DNA of 62,767 nucleotides, the filler included, from Stramenopiles sp. TOSAG23-2 (taxonomy: Eukaryota), in assembly GCA_900128395.1 (NCBI GenBank). It is 12 parts of 12 records of this genome, joined end to end, with 100 filler letters (N's around TTAATTAATTAA, not from the genome) between each part and the next. Parts side by side here need not be neighbours in the genome. Positions count along the whole stretch, not along the records: positions 28,032 to 33,523 come from LT650661.1; positions 33,624 to 39,110 come from LT650662.1; positions 39,211 to 44,688 come from LT650663.1; 9 more parts are not named here. One strand, 5' to 3'. How positions within the stretch are numbered: the first letter of the stretch is position 1; the number at the start of each line of letters is the position of its first letter. The position numbers and the translations under genes were made by a program. Below the pieces are notes generated by a model. That model made no database searches. It was not told the origin of the DNA and saw only the letters and a program-made list of their open reading frames with translations. Shown piece by piece: positions 31,749-43,918 of the stretch.

Positions 31749-33098
31749 TTAATTCATCTTTCTAACAACTTGTTCCTTGTAATGATCTCTGTCATTAGCA
31801 ATAGATGCGATAGTAAATCCACTTTTGACCCTATGTTCATGAAGAACGTTTTCATGTTTTTCGTGCAAATTATCTACATGTTGTGCATGTTGATCTTTTG
31901 TTACTTGATGTGCATCTTGCAATTTTCCAACTTTTTCACCATGTGCCTGTTTTTGTTTCATATTCATGTTTAATAAGTTTTCATTTGCTTTCTTTTCCAT
32001 CGCTAAGTCAGATGTTAATTTAGCTACTTTGCTATCATATGAAGTTTTGAACTTTTTACTTTCCTCTTTTGCAGTAGATAATCTAGTTGCTAAACTTGAC
32101 ATTTCTGTTGAAGATTTTAGTAACTTTGATTGTAAATTAATCTTATCATTTACTAAATCTTTGTTTATTTTCCTTTCTGCGGTTAATGCTATATTAGCTG
32201 TACTTGCAGCATTTTTAGATTCTGTTAAATGTTCTTTTGTTTCTGCTAATTCCTTAGTAGTTGCTTTGACCGCATTGGTTGATGCTTGCAATTGATTTTG
32301 GTATTCTTTAATCATTGTATCCTTACCATTTAATGCTGATGTATGTTGTTTCTTTGCATTTGCTAAATCCGTAGAAGCTTTTGTTGCTTCATTTGCAGCT
32401 TGTTCCACTTTACCTTTCAACGTTTTCACTTCATTTTTACAATTTAAACATGGATCTGCTTTTGGTTTATCCACTCTTTCGAATGTCCAATCCATTGGCC
32501 AATGATCACCACTATGTACTGCAACTCGTGATGAATGTTTATTGCGTACAGCACCATGAGCGTGCCAAGCCGATAAACCCCATCCCGCTTGCTGAGGTCC
32601 ATCTTTATGATTTGTAGTTAAAAGCCTATACGTATTTGCATGTTTTCCTTTTACAATTTGCCAATCCATTGGCCATTTCTCTCCATCATGTACTGCTGTC
32701 CATGAAGACTGACTATTGCGTACAGCGCCATGGCCATGCCATGCCGATAAACCCCAATTTGCTTGCTGAGGTCCATCTTTATGATTTGTAGTTAAAAGCC
32801 TATACGTATTTGGTTTTTTCCCTTTAACAATTTTCCATATCATTGGCCATTTCTCTCCATCATGTACATATACCCATGACGAATGGCTATTTCTTTTTCC
32901 TCCATGTCCTTGCCAAGCTGACAATCCCCAACCCGCAGGCTGTTGTCCGTCTTTATGGTACGTGGTTTTGATCTTATATAAACCTTCAGCAATATTTGCA
33001 TTGGTCCATTTCAATTTTACTGCACCTCGTAAATTACCTGCTCCGTATATAGAAGCAAGTGATATGGCGAATAATATGACAATGAATGTTACTTTCAT
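31749..33098 (-). CDS. Secreted protein with three 58-aa Trp/His-rich repeats (beta-trefoil-like) and a coiled coil
   Basis: Signal peptide, then three units like YRLLTTNHKDGPQQAGWGLSAW...WPMDW with a 174-nt period, then a C-terminal heptad stalk. Confidence 0.8.
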   Translation of the reverse strand: MKVTFIVILFAISLASIYGAGNLRGAVKLKWTNANIAEGLYKIKTTYHKDGQQPAGWGLSAWQGHGGKRNSHSSWVYVHDGEKWPMIWKIVKGKKPNTYRLLTTNHKDGPQQANWGLSAWHGHGAVRNSQSSWTAVHDGEKWPMDWQIVKGKHANTYRLLTTNHKDGPQQAGWGLSAWHAHGAVRNKHSSRVAVHSGDHWPMDWTFERVDKPKADPCLNCKNEVKTLKGKVEQAANEATKASTDLANAKKQHTSALNGKDTMIKEYQNQLQASTNAVKATTKELAETKEHLTESKNAASTANIALTAERKINKDLVNDKINLQSKLLKSSTEMSSLATRLSTAKEESKKFKTSYDSKVAKLTSDLAMEKKANENLLNMNMKQKQAHGEKVGKLQDAHQVTKDQHAQHVDNLHEKHENVLHEHRVKSGFTIASIANDRDHYKEQVVRKMN

Positions 33099-33964
33099 TT
33101 TTTTTATATTAATATATCTTATAAATTCTTATTATATGAAATGAGGGGTACAAATACCACTCTGCTGTATAATAATAATGGTAATAAATAAATAATAAAT
33201 GCACACTGAACAAATATATTGTAATCTCTCCACATGGTGCACATGTACAATATATATATTTTATGGCTCTTTTAAATTAGTAGAGGAACCCCCTTTTTTC
33301 TGAGAGGTGCAGAGGATCCTCTCTACTTTTTTCGTCTTGGAAATTAAAAAAAGTTGATAAATCATCTTTATTTACGATTAACACTACATACCATTATATC
33401 TCGCATATTTTCCATCAAATTTCATCATTTTCAACATTTTCAACCTAAATTCTTCTATTTCATTGTTATGATAATGGATTTTTCATTTCATTACATGAAA
33501 ACAAAGGAAAAACATTGAAAATANNNNNNNNNNNNNNNNNNNNNNNNNNNNNNNNNNNNNNNNNNNNTTAATTAATTAANNNNNNNNNNNNNNNNNNNNN
33601 NNNNNNNNNNNNNNNNNNNNNNNGATATGTATGTACACAGTGTTTTTTTTTTTATACGTATTATAGCTACTATCTGCACCTGGCTGCCCTGGCCTGTCTG
33701 TGGTGGTATTATATTATTATAAAATATAACTATAACACGTTGTTTATGTTGTTATGTAATCCAGTAATAATCTGGTATAATAACCATCCTGGAAGGAGGT
33801 AATAAATCCACACACCCATCATTATTATTATTATTATTATATTTATTATTATTATTAGTTACTATTATTATTATTTATATTCATGTTCAATAATCTATGT
33901 GATGATATTATGCTTCTTCTTCTTGATAACAATTGGAGCTATTTCCAAAAATAATCCACCAAAG

Positions 33965-35299
33965 ATGAATAACATATCGAAAAAAAAGATAACTATTAAG
34001 ACCAACGTTGATGACAAGCATAAGAAAAATGAAAAGCGGGCGAAAACAATTAAAATGAGAAAAGCGTTACGCGATTGGAAAATAGAAAAGGCTAGAATTA
34101 AAGGTATCAAAAACATAAGCCGAGATAGGAAAAAAATGGAAGCGGAGCGGGGTTTGATAGCGTGGTTGAAAAAGACTCACCCAAAACGATACAAACGCAA
34201 AAATAGAACATTTAAACGTCTACAAGAAGCAAAGGTATGGTTTGATCATTTAGATTTTGATCACTCTGGTGAAATTAGTGAAGACGAGTTACTAATTCCT
34301 TTAATATCAATGGGTTTTGCACATAATAGGGAGGAGGTAAAAGAATTGATTGCCCATGTTGATGAAGATGGCAGTGGCGAAATTGGATTCGACGAATTTT
34401 GGGTTATTTTAAATGAGAAAAACGCAGATAATGCATTTAAGAAGCTACACAGAGCGCTGGATTCCGGTGAATTAGGTGATCATAATTTAATAGGTGTTGA
34501 AACGTTATTGTCTGCATATAGACGCAAAGTATTGTATGCAGCATTAATGTCATATGGATGGCAAGATCCGAAAAGTAAAGGATTTTCATCAAGAGATAAA
34601 GCCCAGTTCAAACGTAGCATTAATGCACTAGACCAAGTATTCATTTCGCGTGACAATCGAATAAAAGAGGAGCAGGAGAATAATCAAACTGAAGATATTG
34701 ATTTAAAGAAAACATTTGGCATAGGAGTCGATCCACAAAAAATTGAAAATAAAAAAAGATGGCATAAGAAAATAAATAGGATGGATAAGAGAGATATACG
34801 GCGAACGTTACGACACGAACAAAAGGAATTGTCGATTGACTTAAAAAGTAAAGAAAGGCAGCTGTTTACCCAGCCTAGGACAAAACAAAATTGCCCTGGG
34901 CAAAATTTGTACTCTAATAATAGCTATCGGACGAACTTAGATATACCCCCACCTCCTGGTGCAAAGGAAATGTTAGAAAAGACACGTAAAAAATTACGTG
35001 CAGAGTTAGAGCTGAAACGAATAGCGGATAGGCCACCCCCAGGTGTAAACCCGGTATTAGCTAAATTGCTAAAGACTCAAGCAGTAAAATCTCAAACGTA
35101 TGTACCAACCTATCCAAATATTAAAAGTGTAAATGTAGATAAAAAGGACACTTTAGCTATATCAGAACAAATTGCAGTTTCCAGATACACAGTAAAAAGT
35201 CAAGCAGATCCAATAATGAGTAGTAATATCAAATATATTACCGACAAATATTTAGACGAGGAAAGGTTTAGAAAACGATATGTACATCATATAAAATGA
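33965..35299 (+). CDS. Basic EF-hand protein
   Basis: EF loops DFDHSGEISEDE and DEDGSGEIGFDE. First ATG after the hydrophobic GTG-initiated extension. Confidence 0.85.
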   Translation: MNNISKKKITIKTNVDDKHKKNEKRAKTIKMRKALRDWKIEKARIKGIKNISRDRKKMEAERGLIAWLKKTHPKRYKRKNRTFKRLQEAKVWFDHLDFDHSGEISEDELLIPLISMGFAHNREEVKELIAHVDEDGSGEIGFDEFWVILNEKNADNAFKKLHRALDSGELGDHNLIGVETLLSAYRRKVLYAALMSYGWQDPKSKGFSSRDKAQFKRSINALDQVFISRDNRIKEEQENNQTEDIDLKKTFGIGVDPQKIENKKRWHKKINRMDKRDIRRTLRHEQKELSIDLKSKERQLFTQPRTKQNCPGQNLYSNNSYRTNLDIPPPPGAKEMLEKTRKKLRAELELKRIADRPPPGVNPVLAKLLKTQAVKSQTYVPTYPNIKSVNVDKKDTLAISEQIAVSRYTVKSQADPIMSSNIKYITDKYLDEERFRKRYVHHIK

Positions 35300-35928
35300 C
35301 ATAATTATCGTATGTTGTAACATACATAAAGAGAAATATAAAATATTATTTGATAATTACAAAAAAGTAAATAATTTTAAATTACGAGTACATCATAAAG
35401 AAACTTGTATTTTGTGTATAAATTACCTCTTTTTTTGATGATAATTTATTTTTATGCATTCCAGGCATTCTAATTCCCACTTACACTATGAAATATTATG
35501 GCGTGCTGCTGTGTGGTGCTGTCTGTGGAGGATGTAGAACCATAATAAATAACAGGTATTATAATATATGCATGTAGTTGTATGCAACAACGCTTAACGA
35601 GTGAGTCCCCTTGAAAATTTGTTGTCGAATCTAAAATTGGAATAAAATTAAATATAAATCTTACTTTATATAAATATTGTATATTTTCAATGGAAATTTT
35701 AATAGATGGCAACAACCCCTACACGGTTATAACAACAACATTATCTAGTCTACTATTAATTAAAATATATATGTAAAATCATAATAAACATTAAAGTTAA
35801 AATATTAGCCGGAAGTATATTCTATTTTTGGAAACATTTCATCACACGCTCATAGATAAAGCTCATTTACGCAAATACACTGCCTAAGGTTTGCACTTAA
35901 GCTTCTTTAAGTTAATTATACAGAAATT

Positions 35929-38900
35929 ATGTCTTCAATTAGAAACGGTGCGACGAAGGAAAATCCAATGGAGGAACCGTTGTTGAATAACTCAAGTATC
36001 AATGGAAAGAATAACGACGCTGAACCCAAAAAGAGTAAGAGAAGTTCAAAGCTGTGGAGGAAGCTAAGAACAAGTGTAAAATTTACTGGATCTGTGAAAA
36101 ATAATGCTAATATTGCAAGGGAAATGGAAGAAGGGATTAGATCGCAGCACTTAAAATTAAGCCCAGCTGATATTGATAAAGCTACTCTGTATATTCTAGA
36201 CTCTTTTGAAGGTATGGGTATGACACATGGGGTTTCTCACGAAGATTTACTTATTCATAAAATGCTGTACGATTCATGGTTTGAACTTTGGTATATTGTT
36301 GCGATATGCCTTTACATATTTGAAGGCCTATTTACACATGTAGTTTTGGACCAGTATATGATATACGCTATTGTATTTGAAATTATATTTATATCAACTT
36401 TCGCATATGATATATATTTACATTGGATAATTGAGACTGATGATGATGAAGAGGAAACGAAACGTAAAGCATGGGAGGCGTATGAGGAGCTAAAGGAAAA
36501 AGAACGACAGGATCAACAAGAAAAAATCGATCATTTACACGACGTTTTCCATAGCTTTGACAGAGACGATAGTGGAACAATTAATAAACGCGAATTGCAA
36601 CAAGCTTTTCGCGATCTAGGCATGAAGTTATCGCCCGAAGAACTTGCGAAGCTACATTCTCAGCTTGATTTAGACGGAGATGGCGAAATACATTTTCGTG
36701 AATTTCAACAGTTAACTAGTAAACTCTTCGGAACAGACACCGAAAAACAGGAGCAAAGCAAACGGGCATTTGAAATTGCCAATAATCAAGGTAACAGAAA
36801 AATATGTAATATTAAGATGCCTGAACTTTGGACAATATATCGAGGAATATTGGTTTTAATGCAAGTTGTAGATTTACTTGCTTTTGTAATTTCACTTGGA
36901 GGAAGTACTAGATTTTCACGTTTTACACGGCCTCTAATCTTAGTTTTGCGTGTACAAACGTTGCGTGTAGTATTAGTCGGAGTTCTTGTTGCAAGCGTCA
37001 AAATTGCAAGGGTTCTATTTCTAATTGCATGTGACATAGTCTTTTTTGGCTTCATCGGCTTCGTATTATTCAGCAAAGTGGAGGAATCAAAGGGTTTTAC
37101 AACTCCATTTGATGGAATGCGGACCATGTTATTAATTTTAACTGCGCCGGGAACCGTCCTTGCAGATATGGAACCATTGCAAAGGCATTCCGATGGCTGG
37201 GCATCTCTTTATTTCATCATATTTGTTGTTGTTACAACGATGATATTTCAAAAGTTAATTTTAGCAAATGCCTATAGAAGTTACAAAGGATATCAAAAAC
37301 AGCAGTATTTCGAACGCTTAAATAATAGCAAGAAAGCAGGAACAGAAGCTTTTAAAATATTGTCAGGCGGTCAATCAGCGATAACTATAGAAACGTGGCG
37401 TGTACTATTTGCTGATTTAAGAGATGGACAACACCCAATGGTAGCGGATACGATATTTCATACTTGTGATATGGATTACTCATTAGTTCCAGGGAATAAT
37501 GCATTAGAACTGGATGCCTTTCTAGAACTAATAACACTAGCTAAACACACAGGAACTGCATTGAAAAGTTTAGAATTGCATGAAGCACATGAATTGACAA
37601 ACTTTGAAGCAACGCAAATGAAAATGCGACAATGGTTCAAAGTAAAAGCAAATCTATACTTTTTCGAATTCGAAATCATTCATACAATAGTTGACCTTTT
37701 GGTAATACTATCGATTGCTCAATTATACGTATCGATATCGTATCCCGAGGACACTAATTGGGTTTATATAGGAATTATTATTCTTGGATGTTTTACTCTT
37801 GAAGTTGGAACAAAGATGACAGCGTTTGGTGTAAAACAATATTTGTCGTATGGTGAGCATATATTAGATTCATTTTGTGTCTTTGCTGGTATTGTTTTTT
37901 TCATATATGAAAAGGCAACACATTCAGAAGGCGGGACGTTGTACAACATTGCATTGGCATTACGTACTTTGCGGGTATTAAAATTTCTATGGTTAAGTGA
38001 AACATTACATGGTTTATTGTGGACAATTATACGCTTAGGCGATTCGCTAGTAAAATTGTTTTTTATTTTGTTTGTCCCACTGTACATGTTTGCTACAGTT
38101 GCGCAACAAATATTTGGAACAACAGTTACTTTTCACGGATCCGAGGCGGCAAAAGCTACGAAATGGTATGCAGTGCGATCTGAATTAAACTTTGAAACTG
38201 GAATTAATTCAATGCGTACTTTATTTGAAATTACAACAGTCTCATCATGGAATATGGTAATGGAAGCTGCTGACATATTGTTTGGGAATAAACAATACAC
38301 GTTTTGGGTAGAATTATTTTTTTTCTCATTTCGTATTATCATGACAATGATGTTTGTACCAGTTTTAACTGGTTTTTTAATTGAGAGTTTTGTTGTTAAT
38401 TTCGATATTTATGAAAAAAATAAAAATGGTATAGAAGAAATATCATCTGCAAAAAAAGATGCATACGAAGTAAGAAGACTACAAGCCGGGGGCGATTTAA
38501 TAGCCAAAAAGCGTGCTATGGCTTCGATGGATATGAACGTTTCTCATCCACAAGTGAAACATGTAAAAAACTTAATCAAAAACCAAAAGAATTTTGACGA
38601 AGTTGAGAAGAAAATATATGGTTTTGATCAAATTGTACAAAAGGCATTGATCAAAACGTTAAGGAGTGCTGTTCAGGGAGAGAAAAGTAAGCGTATTCTC
38701 GGTTATCGTATAGCTAAACAAACAGATAAAAAAACATACAATGTTAATAAATAATCATAAGGTAAAGAATTAGCCGAAACACATACTTCTGTGTTAAAAA
38801 TGATGGATAACATTGGGAAACAAAAGGGTGGTGATTCTGTAATTGTTTCTTCTTCAAAATGGCAATTGGTTAAAAATACATTTCTTCATAGCCCACAAAG

Positions 38901-39087
38901 ATCTGAAGATTTGGAAACTTTAAAAAAAATGCATGAAAAAGGTAACGGTGATAATAATACGGATGATAAGAAGAAAGATGGCGATAACGAAGAAACACTA
39001 ATTAATCGAAACGATTTAGAAGGCTTAATAACAAAAGTTGAAGAAAGTAATACACCACCATCGCCGCCACCATCTCCACCGAGTTGA
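35929..39087 (+). CDS. Two-pore-channel-like cation channel with EF-hands; predicted join(35929..38686,38762..39087)
   Basis: Two 6-TM repeats with S4 motifs RFSRFTRPLILVLR and LRTLRVLKFL. A 75-nt GTAAGC...TAAG intron removes two in-frame stops and joins the downstream ORF. Confidence 0.85.
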
Positions 39088-39597
39088 GAAGAGTACACTA
39101 TTTCGTGTGTNNNNNNNNNNNNNNNNNNNNNNNNNNNNNNNNNNNNNNNNNNNNTTAATTAATTAANNNNNNNNNNNNNNNNNNNNNNNNNNNNNNNNNN
39201 NNNNNNNNNNAATCATCGTAGTACATTTAGAGATTTGGAAGCATAAAAATATTGTTTTCTAAAATAAAAAAAAAGTAAATGTTGCAAAAAAATCTTTTTG
39301 TAATTTTTTTTTGAAAATAAATCTTTGATGTTGTAAAACCTTAAAACCTCTTTTTCGATTGACATCCGAAATGGGTATTTTAACAAGTATAATTTCAATA
39401 ATAATACGGTTACTCTTTTCCAATTTCCAATTCGTATATATTTATATACCAGGTACCACACTACAGCAGAGGTAGCAGGTGGCAGGTGGTAATAATATGG
39501 ACACACATCTTATAATGTTTTACATCAATTGTTAGTGTGTGAATGAAATGATATCAAGACATCACAAATAGAAAATATTAATGCTTGTCCATTTATT

Positions 39598-39716
39598 ACA
39601 TTACACAAGTTAGGAGACACGTAATGTGTGATATATCTCCCTCCTAACCCACAAACATTACACAAGTTAGGAGACACGTAATGTGTGATATATCTCCCTC
39701 CTAACCCACAAACATT
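39598..39716. repeat. Exact 57-bp tandem duplication with internal inverted repeat GTTAGGAG/CTCCTAAC
   Basis: Units start at 39598 and 39655. Confidence 0.9.
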
Positions 39717-39762
39717 TCTTGTTTTATTTAGATTTTTTTTAATTTTATAGTAGAACAACAAA

Positions 39763-40545
39763 ATGGGACGTAGTCAAGTATCCTTTTCTGGAGCATTGTT
39801 ACCACCGTTGAAACAGAAAAGTAAAAAGAAAAGAAAAAATCGTAAACGTCCAGGTGATCGTCCAAAAAAATTTTATAAAAAAATAAAATCATTGCCGGAA
39901 GGCAAATGTATATGTGGTAAAAAAAGTATTGATTCTGTTGGATCATGTGGTGAGAATCCATATTGTATATTAATGTTATGTAAAGCAAAAGCTGATATTA
40001 AAGTTAAAAGGCGTAATAGAAAAAAAATGATTCATGAAGATTCATTACCAAATATATTTATAGAAAATGACTCAATGGAAAGTTTACAAAAGCGTAATCG
40101 ACGAATAAAATCAATCCGTGCACATTTTTCCAAAGAAAAATATGAAGTCGTAAAGCCATTAAATGTTTGTACAGGTGTTGCACGAGATGGTGCATATTGT
40201 GTAACATGCAAATGTGTACATTATGAACCAAAACATGTTTGGAAGACTGGCAATGTAGTAGAAGATAATATTAGAAAAAGAGAGGATGAAAATTATAAAC
40301 TAGATAAAATTAAAGCAATTAAAAAACAAAATAAAATATTTGTTAAAGCAGCAAAATATTTAAGACGGCGCAGAAGACGTAGAGAAAAAAAATTAAAGTT
40401 ACCAAATAATGCATTATTGAAAGATTACACTGATGATGGTGGTGGAGAAATTGATAGTGATTTACAATATGCTGTATATGAAAGTTTACAATTGAGAGGT
40501 ACTGATCCAAATAAATTTAATGCTTCATTAGGGGAACTGTTTTGA
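39763..40545 (+). CDS. Hypothetical Lys/Arg-rich protein with Cys clusters
   Basis: 260-aa ORF containing CICG..SCGENPYC and CVTCKCVH. Confidence 0.7.
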   Translation: MGRSQVSFSGALLPPLKQKSKKKRKNRKRPGDRPKKFYKKIKSLPEGKCICGKKSIDSVGSCGENPYCILMLCKAKADIKVKRRNRKKMIHEDSLPNIFIENDSMESLQKRNRRIKSIRAHFSKEKYEVVKPLNVCTGVARDGAYCVTCKCVHYEPKHVWKTGNVVEDNIRKREDENYKLDKIKAIKKQNKIFVKAAKYLRRRRRRREKKLKLPNNALLKDYTDDGGGEIDSDLQYAVYESLQLRGTDPNKFNASLGELF

Positions 40546-40731
40546 AAATTACGAGAAGAAGGTAATAAAGTAGTAATATAATATGATATAAATTGATAGT
40601 GATTTACAATATGCTGTATATGAAAGTTTACAATTGAGAGGTACTGATCCAAATAAATTTAATGCTTCATTAGGGGAACTGTTTTGAAAATTACGAGAAG
40701 AAGGTAATAAAGTAGTAATATAATATGATAT
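40448..40731 (+). repeat. Exact 142-bp tandem duplication of a gene 3' end
   Basis: Units 40448-40589 and 40590-40731. Confidence 0.9.
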
Positions 40732-40987
40732 GTTTTGTTGTTGTGTGTGTAAAAAATAATACGTACGAAGGAGTCGTAATTTTTTAGTAAGAGACTCTTA
40801 TCAGACATAAAATAGTAAAAATTTAAAATGAATCACTTTTTATATAAATATTCCGGTGTAGTATTGCCTCGTAAATATAAGCGCGCGTGTAAACCAATCT
40901 TATCTTTATCAAATTTTATTAAGACATGATGTGGCGAAAACATTTTAAAATTTAAAACAAACTCTAACTACCAGGTCGCTATCATCC

Positions 40988-43918
40988 TTACCACGATCGT
41001 TGAGATCCTCGCCTATTTACTAGTATATTATCCATTCCGTAAGCACAATGAAATATCATTCCATCATTTAGGATGTCTGCACCAGTAAAATTAGACCAAT
41101 TCATATGCCACATATGTTTCATAACATCTAAGCTAACACCATCAGTCCTATATCGTTTATTGCCATGGCCAATTTCTTCTATTTTAAAACTTAACGGAGA
41201 CTGGTTAGTCGTTTGTTGATGGAATTCAAGTTTATATTTGTTAAATAATATGTCCATTTTGCTAAGCGTTGTATTTACTTTGACATTTGTTGTTATTTCT
41301 GTACTGTTTACCACTTCTAGTATTTTTATTGTAATGATTCTAGTATCTTGAAGTTGATCATAGCGTAACTTCATCTGATGCAATTCTTTCCCCCAATTGC
41401 CAATTTTATCAAGATTCTCGAATTTACTAGTTGCATTTACAATTTGATTTTGTAAAGTTTTCATATTGCGATTTAAAAAATCGATCTCTTTTGTTCCATC
41501 ATACACGTTTTCAATACCTGTTATATCAAGATTACGTTCAATACAATCATTTTTTGTATTATCGTTATCATTGTTATTATTGTTATCCTTTTTTGCATTA
41601 TCGTTGTTATTATTTCTTATATTATTGTTATCATCGTCATTATTATTATCATTAATATTTTTTGTATTCATTGAAAAGCTGAACAACATGTTTTTTGCTG
41701 AATCACGTTCAATGTTATCATTTGTCCCACCATCAATCGTGCCACCATCAATTGCATTCTCTTCCTTTTCCTTCCTTGTTCTTTCTAGCCTTTTGTCAGT
41801 GGTATCTATAACTTCAAATGTCCCTGCTGACTGATTATTTTTACGAGGCTGCTCTGGAACAGTTTTGGGAGCCGACGCTTGACAACTGGAAAATTGCGTT
41901 CCAATCAACAATTCTTCATATTCATGTTCTTGTTGATTAAGTTTACCTTCCAATTGTCTTTTATCAGGCGTAAATATTTCTAATTTTCCGGAAATAGGAT
42001 ACATATTAATAAACGCCGCAATTATATTCTGCATGGATATCGTTGGTTTTACAATCATATTCACACAATTGTTATTGGAATCATAAACAGTAATCTGCTT
42101 ACGTTTATCAATTAAACCTAAGCATTGACTATTTTTTCCTTTTTCATGTTTGATTTGACAAGAATTACAAGGTCCATTTCCCAGTAGTACATTGGCACGA
42201 TAATGTTGAAAATCTTCCCATCGAGAGGCAGGATGATTTAGTGCCCACCCATTTCCCTTATCTCGCCCATATTTAACTTCAAAGCTTTTGAAATTTTTTT
42301 TCACTGCATTCATATCTGTTGATATGGTGATACATTCATTTTTCATAAATGTCACAGCGCCATCGGTACCATTATATGTGACTCCATTTCCTTCTAATAA
42401 TAATTTGATTTTTTCAATACTTTTATTGGCATTAATTACTTGTAAATCTTTTTTAAATGCTTCAACAGGTTCATTACCTCGAGCCAAACCAGGAACATTA
42501 AGCAAGTAGTTTTGAAATGCAATTAATAAAGGATTTCCATGTGTCAAGTCTTTTTTTTGCCTATATGATTTTTTGGCATTATTATTATTAGTACTCATTA
42601 AATTTCGCCGGGATGATGAGGCATTTGTTGTTGTTGTCGTCGTAGTTGTGGTTGTTGTCGTAGTTGTTGCCCCATTTTGATGCGGTGGACGCAATGGCGT
42701 CCTTGTAGATTTCTCACGACTGGGACGACTAATAAACTTTAATTCTTTGTTGTCTATTTTTTCCTGGTATTCATCTGTAGGAAAAATTTCATGCGACCCG
42801 GTAAATTTTACCAGATATCCACCCGGCACGTTGCCTTCATAAAGATTTTTACAACCTACACATTGACAGGCTGGTTCATCCCCATTAGGTAATTTTACGA
42901 CTTTACCTTTGTACCACTTTCCATTATCATATAATATTTCTATTTTATCATTTAAATAGGATGGAAAATCTGATTGTATTGTTGAATTTGATCTTTGTTT
43001 CTTTTTTGGAGATTCAAGTCCTCTACTACTACTACTGTTGCTGCTGCTATCGCTACCACTACTACTAGTAACGGTTGCTTTCCGTTTTTGCTCGGCTTTC
43101 CTTGCTGCTTTAAGTGCATCTCTTGCTTCTTTTTCTTTCTTTTTGCTGTTTTTTTCTTTCTCTTTTTCAGCTTTTTTTTTCGCTCTTTCCACTGCTTTTA
43201 TTTTCCGTTCGCGATTTTTTCTTGCCCTTTCCACTTCTTTTTCTCTCTTTCTCCTCTCTTTTACTTGAGCTACTCTTATTGGTTCTTTTGGCTGGTCAAT
43301 CACAACTTGTCTTATACGATTTTCTTGAGAATTTAAATCTGACAATGGTTTTAAAAACGGAGATAAGTAGGCATCATCATAATAATTACATATTTCATGT
43401 ATTTCACTGTGTATAAAACGTAACAAAAAACAAGCGTTTTCATTTTTGTACACACATCTTAAATGCATATATTTTTCAACAGTCTCTTTATCTGTAGTAA
43501 AATGCATACTTTTTTTAGAAATTCTTGGGACTTCTATTTCAATAATTTTATGATTTGGATAGTTCTTTTTATTTTTAAAACAATTTCCTCCACAGAAGTT
43601 GCAACTATTTGACCGTGCTCGTGAATTTCCTGTATCCAGGGAAATAATTTTAATCTCTGGATGCCCCGAGAGAGTAAAATCCATCTTTTGGCCGAATATC
43701 CTAGAATTAACAACGCAAAAACTACTGCTGAAGCTGCTATTGACATAGAACTGATTTCTAACCCAATTTGGTATGGAATCATTATTAGTATTATTTCCAG
43801 TTTGCTGCTGTTTCCAAAACTTACTAAATTGGTCATTTAAACGTGTAGCACACAATTCTGCATTTTCTTCCATATTATTTCCCTTCCAGCATGCTGTATT
43901 TTCATGTGTATTGTACAT
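40988..43918 (-). CDS. Multidomain hypothetical, probably nuclear, protein with a Tudor-like segment
   Basis: KIEILYDNGKWYKGKVVK Tudor-like motif, basic coiled coil, Cys/His clusters and low-complexity tracts. Confidence 0.75.
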   Translation of the reverse strand: MYNTHENTACWKGNNMEENAELCATRLNDQFSKFWKQQQTGNNTNNDSIPNWVRNQFYVNSSFSSSFCVVNSRIFGQKMDFTLSGHPEIKIISLDTGNSRARSNSCNFCGGNCFKNKKNYPNHKIIEIEVPRISKKSMHFTTDKETVEKYMHLRCVYKNENACFLLRFIHSEIHEICNYYDDAYLSPFLKPLSDLNSQENRIRQVVIDQPKEPIRVAQVKERRKREKEVERARKNRERKIKAVERAKKKAEKEKEKNSKKKEKEARDALKAARKAEQKRKATVTSSSGSDSSSNSSSSRGLESPKKKQRSNSTIQSDFPSYLNDKIEILYDNGKWYKGKVVKLPNGDEPACQCVGCKNLYEGNVPGGYLVKFTGSHEIFPTDEYQEKIDNKELKFISRPSREKSTRTPLRPPHQNGATTTTTTTTTTTTTTNASSSRRNLMSTNNNNAKKSYRQKKDLTHGNPLLIAFQNYLLNVPGLARGNEPVEAFKKDLQVINANKSIEKIKLLLEGNGVTYNGTDGAVTFMKNECITISTDMNAVKKNFKSFEVKYGRDKGNGWALNHPASRWEDFQHYRANVLLGNGPCNSCQIKHEKGKNSQCLGLIDKRKQITVYDSNNNCVNMIVKPTISMQNIIAAFINMYPISGKLEIFTPDKRQLEGKLNQQEHEYEELLIGTQFSSCQASAPKTVPEQPRKNNQSAGTFEVIDTTDKRLERTRKEKEENAIDGGTIDGGTNDNIERDSAKNMLFSFSMNTKNINDNNNDDDNNNIRNNNNDNAKKDNNNNNDNDNTKNDCIERNLDITGIENVYDGTKEIDFLNRNMKTLQNQIVNATSKFENLDKIGNWGKELHQMKLRYDQLQDTRIITIKILEVVNSTEITTNVKVNTTLSKMDILFNKYKLEFHQQTTNQSPLSFKIEEIGHGNKRYRTDGVSLDVMKHMWHMNWSNFTGADILNDGMIFHCAYGMDNILVNRRGSQRSW

